Positions 14,503 to 22,765 of a stretch of 32,996 bases of DNA are shown piece after piece. The stretch's first letter is position 1; each line of letters begins with the position of its first letter. The DNA is from Methylocystaceae bacterium (lineage in GTDB: Bacteria > Pseudomonadota > Alphaproteobacteria > Rhizobiales > Beijerinckiaceae). Under the pieces are notes generated by a model, which searched no databases, was not told the origin of the DNA, and was given only the letters and a program-made list of their open reading frames with translations. Location of the stretch: NCBI GenBank assembly GCA_003105285.1, contig PQAN01000146.1:1-32996 (forward strand), read 5' to 3'. A program made the position numbers and the translations under genes.

Positions 14503-14528
14503 AAAAAATTCGTCCTGGAGAAATCATT

Positions 14529-15809
14529 ATGAATCAATTGGCGAAATTCGTATCGAGCATTTGTCCCGCGACGCAGAACGAAGCGCCGCCGCGAAAATAC
14601 GGCTTCAGATTCGATCAACGCTACAACGCCTTCAATGAAAGAAAGAACGCCTTTGCGCGCCTCGGCATCGCCGATCCGTTCTTCGTTCCGCACGACGGCG
14701 TCAACAACAGCACCACGAAGGTCGATGGGCGAGAATTCATAAATTTCGCGAGCTATAATTATCTGGGTTTGTCCGGAAACAAACGTGTGGAGGCCGCAGC
14801 CAAGGCGGCGATCGATCGCTATGGAACGTCCGTCTCCGCCAGCCGCGTCGTCTCCGGCGAGATCCCTCTGCATCGCGAGCTCGAGCTCGCTCTGGCGAAT
14901 TTTCTCGGGGCCGAAGACAGCGTTCTCTACGTCGGCGGCCACGCGGCGAATGTTTCGACCATCGGCCATTTGTTCGGACAGAACGACCTCATTCTGTGCG
15001 ATGCGCTCATTCACAACAGCATTGTGGAAGGATGCAAGCTGTCCGGCGCGCGCCGGTTGAGTTTTCGCCACAATGACCTGTCCCACCTCGAAAAGCTGTT
15101 GCAGAAGCATCGGCCTCATTTCGAACGCGTCCTCATCGCCATAGAGGGCGTCTACAGCATGGACGGCGATATTCCCGATCTGCCGCATCTGATCGACTTG
15201 AAGAAAAAATACGACGCGGCCTTGATGGTGGACGAGGCTCATTCGCTGGGCGTTCTGGGATCGAGCGGACGCGGCGTCGGAGAGCATTTCGGCGTCGATC
15301 CCCGCGACGTCGACATCTGGATGGGAACCCTCAGCAAATCGCTGGCGAGCTGCGGCGGCTATATCGCCGGAAGTCGCGAGATCATCGAGTTCCTGAAATA
15401 CACATCGCCGGGTTTCGTCTTCTCGGTCGGGATGACGCCGGCCAATGTCGGCGCCGCATTGGCCGCCCTGAAACTTCTCGAGGAGCAGCCGCGACTCGTC
15501 GAGACGCTGCAACAGCGCGCAGCGCTTTTTCTCGAGTCCGCCAAGTCGAAGGGGCTGGACACCGGCTCTTCCGGCGGCACGCCGATCGTTCCGGTCGTCA
15601 TCGGGGACTCCGCCCTCGCGGTTCAATTGACGCAGCGGCTGCTGCTGCGAGGCATAAGCGTGCATCCGATCATCTATCCGGCCGTGGAAAATCATGCCGC
15701 TCGTCTTCGCTTCTTCATAGCGGCCGATCATTCCGAAGAACAAATTTCCTATTCCGTCGCGACGACCGCGGAGGAATACGACCGTCTCCGGGCGGGCGGG
15801 CGCGCCTGA
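14529..15809 (+). CDS. PLP-dependent alpha-oxoamine synthase (AONS/SPT family; RkpG/WcbT-like)
   Basis: FASYNYLGL, YGTSVSASR, DALIHNSI, EGVYSMDGD, VDEAHS and GTLSKSLASCGG (PLP lysine). GGAG RBS present. Confidence 0.93.
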   Translation: MNQLAKFVSSICPATQNEAPPRKYGFRFDQRYNAFNERKNAFARLGIADPFFVPHDGVNNSTTKVDGREFINFASYNYLGLSGNKRVEAAAKAAIDRYGTSVSASRVVSGEIPLHRELELALANFLGAEDSVLYVGGHAANVSTIGHLFGQNDLILCDALIHNSIVEGCKLSGARRLSFRHNDLSHLEKLLQKHRPHFERVLIAIEGVYSMDGDIPDLPHLIDLKKKYDAALMVDEAHSLGVLGSSGRGVGEHFGVDPRDVDIWMGTLSKSLASCGGYIAGSREIIEFLKYTSPGFVFSVGMTPANVGAALAALKLLEEQPRLVETLQQRAALFLESAKSKGLDTGSSGGTPIVPVVIGDSALAVQLTQRLLLRGISVHPIIYPAVENHAARLRFFIAADHSEEQISYSVATTAEEYDRLRAGGRA

Positions 15810-15851
15810 ACGGCCATTTTTCCATACGCAACGCTTTGATTGGAGCAGACG

Positions 15852-16736
15852 ATGATACTGCTGAATTTTGTAAAACTCTCCCTCCGGTCGGTGAATTTTC
15901 GGCTGCGTAACGTCACCTCGACGACGATCAACGACTATGACGCCGCGGCGGCGACATATGACGATTATTATTCCCGCTACCTCGGGAAGGCCGGCTCGAC
16001 GCTGACGGAGAAGCTGCCGTTGAAAGCAGGCGACACGATCATCGACCTCGCGTGCGGCACCGGCTTTTTCTCACATGAGATCGCCGCCGCCGTGGGCGAA
16101 AAAGGCCAGGTGTTCGCCGTCGACCTTTCGCCGAAAATGCTCGCGCGCAATCGCGAGAACGCGGCCGCCAAACATCTTTCGAACATCGAGTTCATCGAGT
16201 CCGACGCATTGGAGTGGTTGAAAGGCCAGCCTTCGGGCGCGGCGGACGGGATCGTCTGCGGCTGGGGCGTCTGCTACATGAATCACACGCTTCTGCGCAA
16301 CGAGATCGAACGCGTTCTTCGGCCGGGCGGCTTTTTCGGCATTATCGAAAACCGCGCATGCTCGCTGCAAGCGGTTTCCGATCTCTTTCGAGATGCATTG
16401 CTCGAACATCCGGAAGCGCTCGCAAAAAACATGTCGATCTCGCTTCCGCCGGACGAAAAATATCTCGTCAAGACATTCAGCAAGGGCATGCTCACCCGTG
16501 TCGATTCCTGGAACGGGGAAATCGTCGTCCCCTGCAAAACGGGCGAAGAGGTCGCTGAATATATGCTTCGATCCGGCGCATCGGCCGGGTTCATCGACGC
16601 GCTCGACCAAACGCATTTCGAAACCATGTGGAGCGAATTCGTCAAAAAGGCGGATCAGAGAATAGCGAGACGCGGCGAAGTTCCGGTCAAGCACGAATAT
16701 TGCGTTCTGATCGGCAGAAAGAAAACCTCCTCCTAA
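15852..16736 (+). CDS. Class I SAM-dependent methyltransferase
   Basis: Motif I IDLACGTG, VDLSPKML, FIESDA, RVLRPGG. ATG 15852 follows GGAG. Confidence 0.9.
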   Translation: MILLNFVKLSLRSVNFRLRNVTSTTINDYDAAAATYDDYYSRYLGKAGSTLTEKLPLKAGDTIIDLACGTGFFSHEIAAAVGEKGQVFAVDLSPKMLARNRENAAAKHLSNIEFIESDALEWLKGQPSGAADGIVCGWGVCYMNHTLLRNEIERVLRPGGFFGIIENRACSLQAVSDLFRDALLEHPEALAKNMSISLPPDEKYLVKTFSKGMLTRVDSWNGEIVVPCKTGEEVAEYMLRSGASAGFIDALDQTHFETMWSEFVKKADQRIARRGEVPVKHEYCVLIGRKKTSS

Positions 16737-16763
16737 AGGCAAAACCCCGATCGACACGCCGCT

Positions 16764-16798
16764 GGTCCGCGCCGGAGCCCCCCCCCCCGGCGCGGGCC
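16764..16798 (+). other. Intergenic GC-rich hairpin containing a C11 homopolymer
   Basis: GGTCCGCGCCGG-AGCCCCCCCCC-CCGGCGCGGGCC; the C run spans 16778-16788. Confidence 0.6.
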
Positions 16799-16904
16799 GC
16801 GCCACCCTCGTCTCTCTCCGAGCAGAGCGGATTTGGCGCGTCGAGTGGATCACGCTCGCCGCGAGAGCGCGGCGCCGACGGCGGAGCATGCAGGAGAAAA
16901 TGCA

Positions 16905-17240
16905 ATGCTGGACATTCCCGGATGGGTCTTTCTATCGCTGGCGATCGTGTCGGAGGTGAGCGGCACGACGCTCATGAAGCTTTCGAACGGTTACACCAAG
17001 CTCGCGCCGTCACTCGGGATGCTGGTCTGCTACGGCGTCAGCCTCAGCGCGCTGACTTATGCGCTTCAGCAGATCGATATCGGCGTCGCCTATGCGATAT
17101 GGTCGGGAGTCGGCACAATCCTCATCGCCCTCGTCGGGGTCGCTCTATTCAATCAGACTTTGTCGCCGCCGCAATTGATATCGATCCTGCTCATCGTCGC
17201 CGGCGTCGTGGGGTTGAACCTCCACATGAACTCGCGGTGA
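16905..17240 (+). CDS. Small multidrug resistance (SMR/EmrE-QacE-like) transporter, 111 aa
   Basis: WVFLSLAIVSEVSGTTLMKLSNG (conserved membrane Glu), IGVAYAIWSGVG, LIVAGVVGLNL. ATG 16905 follows AGGAG. Confidence 0.93.
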   Translation: MLDIPGWVFLSLAIVSEVSGTTLMKLSNGYTKLAPSLGMLVCYGVSLSALTYALQQIDIGVAYAIWSGVGTILIALVGVALFNQTLSPPQLISILLIVAGVVGLNLHMNSR

Positions 17241-17247
17241 CGGCGTC

Positions 17248-18507
17248 ATGACGTCCGCAGCGCAGGACCATCGAGCGCGCCTCGATCTCGATTTCGTCAC
17301 CGGCCTACGAGCGCTGGCCGCCTGCTATGTGCTCCTCAGTCACGTCTGGTACGAAATCTGGCCCGCCGTATCGCCGCCCTACGGCTACGGACGGCGGCCG
17401 GAGGGCCTTATCGCCTGGCTGACGGGGTGGCTCTACTATGGGCATTTCGGCGTCGTGGTGTTTATCGTCATTTCGGGCTTTTGCCTCATGCTGCCGGTCG
17501 CCGCGAACGGCGATGCGCAGAAAGGCGGAGTCGTCGATTATTTTCGGCGCAGGGCGAAGCGAATCGCGCCTCCCTACTATTTCGCCATGGCCCTGTCGCT
17601 GCTGGCGATTCATTTCTGGATCGGCGACAAGACCGGCGCGCAATGGGACATAGCGCTTCCCGCGACGACGTTCTCGGTCCTCGTCCATCTGCTGTTTCTG
17701 AACGACGTCCTCGAAAGCACGCGAATCAACTATGTGTTCTGGTCGATCGCGATCGAGGCGCAGCTCTATCTGTTGTTTCCGCTCCTCGTCCTCATGATTC
17801 GGCGGAAGGGACTGCCTTTCACAGTGGCTGTGTCGGCCTCGGCGGTCTATGGCGTCATCTTCATGCTCGAGCTGCTCGAAGTCGACGTCGTGCCGCCGCA
17901 GTTCATCGGGCTCTGCGCCTATTTCGTCTTCGGCGTCGCCGCGGCGAAGGCGCTGACGATTTTTCCGCAAGGGCTCGTCGCGCGCATCGACGGGCGGGTT
18001 CTTCTGGGAGCGGCGGCGCTTCAATTCGCGACGGTCGCAGCCCTCGCGGCGAGCTGGGGATTCGATGTCGCCGAACGGCGCTTCGCCTTCCTCGACACGC
18101 TCGTCGCCCTGGCGACCGCCTCGCTTCTGCTCGCGGCGACGCGCGCGGAGACGAAGAACGTCCGCCTCTGGCTGGAGCAGCGGTCCCTGCTGGCCGTCGG
18201 AACCTTTTCCTACAGCCTGTATCTCATACACGCCCCGGTTCTCCACATCATATGGCAATATTGGATCAGGCCTCTCGAGGCGCCGGCCGCCGGGCAGTTC
18301 GTCCTCCTTCTGGCGGTCGGCGCGCCATCCTCGCTGCTGGCCGCATTCCTGTTTTTCCTCGCTTGCGAACGACCGTTCATGTCCTCCGCCGACCGCTCGG
18401 TCTTCCGATTCGCCGATTTCAAAATTGACATGGCCCGCAAATCCAGTTTTTTTCCGAACTCGAGGACGACGCGCATGGCTCGTCGCACGAGACAGATACA
18501 AAGATGA
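17248..18507 (+). CDS. Acyltransferase family 3 (OafA/YrhL-like) integral membrane protein
   Basis: LDFVTGLRALA..VLLSH, GVVVFIVISGF, RRRAKRIAPPY, WSIAIEAQLYLLFP, SYSLYLIH, CERP. Confidence 0.92.
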   Translation: MTSAAQDHRARLDLDFVTGLRALAACYVLLSHVWYEIWPAVSPPYGYGRRPEGLIAWLTGWLYYGHFGVVVFIVISGFCLMLPVAANGDAQKGGVVDYFRRRAKRIAPPYYFAMALSLLAIHFWIGDKTGAQWDIALPATTFSVLVHLLFLNDVLESTRINYVFWSIAIEAQLYLLFPLLVLMIRRKGLPFTVAVSASAVYGVIFMLELLEVDVVPPQFIGLCAYFVFGVAAAKALTIFPQGLVARIDGRVLLGAAALQFATVAALAASWGFDVAERRFAFLDTLVALATASLLLAATRAETKNVRLWLEQRSLLAVGTFSYSLYLIHAPVLHIIWQYWIRPLEAPAAGQFVLLLAVGAPSSLLAAFLFFLACERPFMSSADRSVFRFADFKIDMARKSSFFPNSRTTRMARRTRQIQR

Positions 18508-19646
18508 AGGTGTCGCTTGCCAGAAAGTCATTGCTCTACGACTGGCGGCGCTATCTTGCCGGCGTGCTCGCGGTCGCGTTTTCCGGCTTGCTGGTCATCG
18601 TCCAAATTGCGCTGCTGTTCGGCCTGCTCCACACCGTGACCGCCGTCGTCGACCATTCGACGGCCGACCTCTGGGTGATCGAGGCCACCACGCAATCCTT
18701 CGACCTGCCGCGCGACATGCCGGAGCGCGTCGAGATGAAGCTGCGAAGCGAGCCGGCCGTTCGCCGCGTCGAGCCCTTGCAGCTCTCCATCAGCGAGTGG
18801 CGAACGCCGAACGGCCGCAAGGTGTCGCTCCTGCTGGTCGGAGTCGACTGCAGTCCGGCCAGTCTCGGCTTTCCCAGGGATTTGCCGCCGGCGTTCCGCG
18901 AAGCGCTGCGTCGTCCGGGAACGGTCGTCGTGGATCAGGCGGATTTGCGAAAGCTCGGCCTCGAAGGCCCGCAGGAGCGGAGCGCCGAGATCAACGGACG
19001 CAAAATGGACGTCGTCGGAGTCGCGACCGGCTTTCGCTATCTTGGATTGGCGATCGCTTTTGTTTCCGCCGCGACCTTCTATGAAGCGAGAGTCGATCAG
19101 GGCTCGGGAGTCATGGACGGCGTTTCCTATTACCTCGTGGGTCTCCGGCCCGGCGCCGATGTCGAGAAAATACGCGGCAAATTGCAATCGAGCGCGGAGT
19201 CGTTGATCCGAGTGGTCAGTCCCGGCGAATTTTCGGCGCTGTCGCAATCCTACTGGCTTCTCGAAACCGGCACGGGCGCCGGGATTCTCTTCTCGACGCT
19301 GCTCGGTCTGCTGGTCGGGATTTCCATCACCAGTCAGACGCTGCGAAGCGCGATTCTTTCGTCGCTGCGCGAATACGCGACCCTGCGGGCGCTCGGAATA
19401 CCGCTGACGGCGCTGCGGGCGGTGGTTCTCGAGCAATCGTTTTGGATCGGCGTCGTCGGACTTGCGATTACATTCGTCGTCGCCGGCGTCGTCTTCTGGA
19501 TCGCCGCGCTCGCGCAAGTCGCAATAGCGATTACATGGTGGGCCGTGTCGGGCACGGCCGTCTTGATGCTGGCGGTCAGCCTTCTGTCCGGCTTCCTCGC
19601 GCTGGGATCGCTGTTCAAGTCGGAACCGGCGGAGCTTCTTCGATGA
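18504..19646 (+). CDS. ABC exporter permease, FtsX/MacB-type (DevC-like)
   Basis: N-terminal SLARKSLLYDWRRYLAGVLAVAFSGLL..VQ...ADLWV, a periplasmic domain, then REYATLRALG and three C-terminal TM segments. ATGA overlap with the acyltransferase stop. Confidence 0.9.
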   Translation: MKVSLARKSLLYDWRRYLAGVLAVAFSGLLVIVQIALLFGLLHTVTAVVDHSTADLWVIEATTQSFDLPRDMPERVEMKLRSEPAVRRVEPLQLSISEWRTPNGRKVSLLLVGVDCSPASLGFPRDLPPAFREALRRPGTVVVDQADLRKLGLEGPQERSAEINGRKMDVVGVATGFRYLGLAIAFVSAATFYEARVDQGSGVMDGVSYYLVGLRPGADVEKIRGKLQSSAESLIRVVSPGEFSALSQSYWLLETGTGAGILFSTLLGLLVGISITSQTLRSAILSSLREYATLRALGIPLTALRAVVLEQSFWIGVVGLAITFVVAGVVFWIAALAQVAIAITWWAVSGTAVLMLAVSLLSGFLALGSLFKSEPAELLR

Positions 19647-20383
19647 ACACTCGCGCTGGCGCGACCATCGAACTGCGCGACATCGAGCGCTCCTTCGTCA
19701 GCGGCCTGATCACGACCCGCGTCCTCAATGGGGTCACGCTCGACATCCATCCGAACGAAATGACGCTCATCGTCGGACCTTCGGGATCGGGCAAGAGCAC
19801 GCTGCTCGCCATCGCGAGCGGTCTGCTGCGTCCGAGCGCCGGCCGCGTGAGGGCGATCGGTAAGAATCTCGGCGATCTCGACGCCGGCGATCTCGACAAA
19901 TTTCGCCTCGCTCATTGCGGATTCATCTTCCAGGGATTCAACCTGTTCGCGTCCCTCACGGCGCTGGAGCAAGTGGCCTATCCGCTTCAGTTTTCGAAAG
20001 TCGCCCACGAAACCCGGAAAGACCGGGCTCACGAGGCGCTCGCGGCCGTCGGACTGGCGGCGAAGGCGGCGCTTTATCCGCTGGAGCTGTCCGGCGGAGA
20101 AAAGCAACGCGTCGCGATCGCGCGCGCCATCGCCAAGGAGCCTCGACTGCTCTTCGCCGACGAACCGACCAGCGCTCTCGACAAGGACAACGGCGTCAAG
20201 GTCGCGCGCCTCCTGCACGAGATCGCTCATGCGCGCCACGCGACGGTGGTGTGCGTCAGCCATGACCAACGACTGATCGACTATGCGGACCGCGTGATTC
20301 AGATCGAGGACGGCGTCATTTCGTCGGATGAAAGGCTCTCGCGACCAAATCATGGCGCGCTGGGCGCGGTAGCCGCGCCATGA
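19643..20383 (+). CDS. ABC transporter ATP-binding protein (DevA/LolD-like)
   Basis: Walker [19 protein letters not shown], signature [31 protein letters not shown] overlap at 19643. Confidence 0.95.
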   Translation: MNTRAGATIELRDIERSFVSGLITTRVLNGVTLDIHPNEMTLIVGPSGSGKSTLLAIASGLLRPSAGRVRAIGKNLGDLDAGDLDKFRLAHCGFIFQGFNLFASLTALEQVAYPLQFSKVAHETRKDRAHEALAAVGLAAKAALYPLELSGGEKQRVAIARAIAKEPRLLFADEPTSALDKDNGVKVARLLHEIAHARHATVVCVSHDQRLIDYADRVIQIEDGVISSDERLSRPNHGALGAVAAP

Positions 20384-21315
20384 TCGATCGACGAAGATGG
20401 CGGGTCGCCGTCGCAACCGCCGCCGCAGCCGCATTCGTCGCGATGATCGCTTTGGCGCAGGGCGATTCCGCGGCGCCCTCGGCAGGCGGCTTTCCCGGCG
20501 GCCCCGCTCGGACGGTTCCGGCGGCGCGAGGGACGCTCGATGTCGACGGCGGCATCGTTCAACTCGCCGCGCAGCGCGACGGCGTCATCCGGGAAATTTT
20601 CGTCGCGGAGGGCCAGGCCGTGCGCCGCAATGAAGCGCTCGCCGTCATCGACGACCGTGTCGCCGCCATTCAACTCGACATCGCCGAGGCGCAATTGGGC
20701 GAGCGCATAGCGAGCGTCGCCGCGCAGGAAGCGCGTGTGGCCAATGCGCGGCGCGAGCGGGATCGTCTCGCGCCGCTCGCCAGCGCCAAAGCCGTCTCGC
20801 AGAAGAGCTTCAACGACGCCGAAGGGGATCTGAAGCTGCAACTGGCGGAACTCGCGCAGCGCCAGTCGGAGGCGGCGACGGCCGAAGCGCAGGTTCGATC
20901 GGCGGAATTCGAAAAAGGAGTGCGCACCGTTCGCGCGCCGAGCGACGGCGTCGTCGTCAGGCGCCTCGTTCGTCCGGGCGACGGCGTCTCGACGCTCAAC
21001 GTCACTCCGCTCTTCTGGTTCGCTCCCGCGCTCGAGCGCGTCGTTCGCGTCGAGATCGAAGATTATTTCGTGAAGCAACTGACCGTCGGCCAGGATGCGG
21101 AAGTGGCGCTGGACAGCGATCCGACCTTGGTCATCGCGCGCGGCAAGCTCGTCCGCCTCGGTCAGGCCTTCGGGCCTCGGCGCGTCACCGCCTATGATCC
21201 TCGCGAGCGCGTCGACGTGCGCGTGCTGGAGGGCGTCGTGGCGATTTCGGGGCCGCCGATTCAGGCGCCTCTCGGACAACGCGTCATCGTCAGATTCCCG
21301 AAAGACGAAAGGTAG
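20380..21315 (+). CDS. HlyD/DevB-like periplasmic adaptor (membrane fusion protein)
   Basis: N-terminal TM, lipoyl-like halves (GVIREIFVAEGQAV; VRAPSDGVV), an alpha-helical hairpin, and a DevB-like ERVDVRVLE motif. ATGA overlap. Confidence 0.9.
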   Translation: MIDRRRWRVAVATAAAAAFVAMIALAQGDSAAPSAGGFPGGPARTVPAARGTLDVDGGIVQLAAQRDGVIREIFVAEGQAVRRNEALAVIDDRVAAIQLDIAEAQLGERIASVAAQEARVANARRERDRLAPLASAKAVSQKSFNDAEGDLKLQLAELAQRQSEAATAEAQVRSAEFEKGVRTVRAPSDGVVVRRLVRPGDGVSTLNVTPLFWFAPALERVVRVEIEDYFVKQLTVGQDAEVALDSDPTLVIARGKLVRLGQAFGPRRVTAYDPRERVDVRVLEGVVAISGPPIQAPLGQRVIVRFPKDER

Positions 21316-21325
21316 AGCCGAAGCG

Positions 21326-22744
21326 ATGTCGCAGTCGAACAACGATCGGCTGGAGACGGCGCGCATGCGCCGCAGCCGCGCAGCGGCCGCCTGCGGGGCG
21401 CTTCTTCTTCTCGCCGCCTGCGCGCCGATCGAAACCTCGGCGATCCCGCCCGCGATGACGCTTCCAGAAAATCTGTCGGCGCGCAATTCTTTGGGCTCGA
21501 TCGGGCCCGAATTGAGATCCGGGTGGTGGCGTCTCGCGCGCGAGCCCGGCTTTGTCCGCCTCGTGGAAGCGACGCTGGAGCAGAATTTCGCCTTGTCCGA
21601 GGCGCGCATGCGCCTCGCCGCCGCGCGAATCGATTATGGGGCGATCGGCCGGGAGTTTCGTCCGCAGGCGGCCGCGAGCGCGAGCATTCGGCAGGACAAC
21701 AACACGACGACCTACCCGACTTTCGGCAAGATCGATCTGACGTCGACCTGGGGCGTATCCGGCTTCGAATCGAGCTGGGAGGTGGATTTTCTGGGACGCG
21801 CGGAGATGGAGCGCCGAGTGGCGACCGCCTCGGTCGAAAGCGCGGAGGCCGACCTCGGCGCGGCGCGAGGGATCGTCGCCGCCGAGGTCTTGCGCGCATA
21901 CGCATTGCTGTCGATCTCGCAAGCGGAGCTGAAGGCGCTCGACCAGGCGCTCGAAAACACGCGGCGGATCGTCCGGCTCACGGGAATGAAGCGCGGCGGA
22001 GGAATCGTATCCGACCTCGACTATACGCGCGCCGAGGCTGCGCAACGCCGGATCGAGGCGCGCAGACCGCCGCTTCTCGCGGAAGCCGCCGGGCTTCGCG
22101 CGGCCTTGGGCGCATTGGCGGGAACGTCCGAGCCTTTCGACGGCGAGGCGGGCCCCGTCGAACTCGCCGCATTCCGATTTGCGTCCGTTCCAGCGGAGCT
22201 CGTGCATCGTCGTCCAGACGTGCGCGCGGCGGCGGCGAGTATTCTGAAGGCCGCGGCGGAACGCGACCTCGCCGAAGCCGATCTCTATCCTCGCTTGCGG
22301 ATTTCCGGAGAGCTGGCGCTCGGGCGCGGCGTCTCCGGCAATCTCGCGTCGGCGCTCGCGGGCTCGCTCGGACCGCAGCTGCAAATTCCGCTGTTCGATC
22401 TCGATCTTCGGCAAGCCAGACTGTCGGCCCGAGAAAAAGGTCTGGAGGCGACGGCGTTCGCCTATCGCGATCGCGTCGTCTCGGCGGTATCGGAGGTTCG
22501 TCGAGGCCTCGCGCAATTGGAGCAGGCGCGCGCGCAGATAAGACGCGCTCGAGCGGAGCAACGCGCCGTCACGCAGAGCGATCGCCTCGCCGGAATGCTC
22601 TACCGGGGAGGCAGCATCGACTTGGGCGAAAGGCTGCAGAGCGCGGTGACGCTCGCGGAATCGGAACTGGCCGTGCTCGCCGCGCGGCGGCAGGAAATTC
22701 AGGCGATCGTCTTCACGCTCAAATCGATCGCCCAATCGGTCTGA
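21326..22744 (+). CDS. Outer-membrane efflux lipoprotein (TolC/NodT/OprM family)
   Basis: Lipobox LLLLAAC, WW..., SWEVDFLG, PAELVHRRPDVRAA, ADLYPR, IPLFD. An alternative start at ATG 21365 has a GGAG RBS. Confidence 0.9.
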   Translation: MSQSNNDRLETARMRRSRAAAACGALLLLAACAPIETSAIPPAMTLPENLSARNSLGSIGPELRSGWWRLAREPGFVRLVEATLEQNFALSEARMRLAAARIDYGAIGREFRPQAAASASIRQDNNTTTYPTFGKIDLTSTWGVSGFESSWEVDFLGRAEMERRVATASVESAEADLGAARGIVAAEVLRAYALLSISQAELKALDQALENTRRIVRLTGMKRGGGIVSDLDYTRAEAAQRRIEARRPPLLAEAAGLRAALGALAGTSEPFDGEAGPVELAAFRFASVPAELVHRRPDVRAAAASILKAAAERDLAEADLYPRLRISGELALGRGVSGNLASALAGSLGPQLQIPLFDLDLRQARLSAREKGLEATAFAYRDRVVSAVSEVRRGLAQLEQARAQIRRARAEQRAVTQSDRLAGMLYRGGSIDLGERLQSAVTLAESELAVLAARRQEIQAIVFTLKSIAQSV

Positions 22745-22765
22745 ACGCGCCGGCGACAAACTCGA

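Noticed and set aside
14529-15809. Calling the AOS a housekeeping bioF
   Set aside because: No bio genes are nearby, it is embedded in a PKS operon, and its N-terminus looks RkpG/WcbT-like. The gene symbol is withheld.
7472-15809. Calling the locus an rkp-1/wcb capsule cluster
   Set aside because: No kps-type export genes, RkpH-like SDR, sulfatase-like gene or sugar genes are in the window. Unlinked copies elsewhere cannot be excluded.
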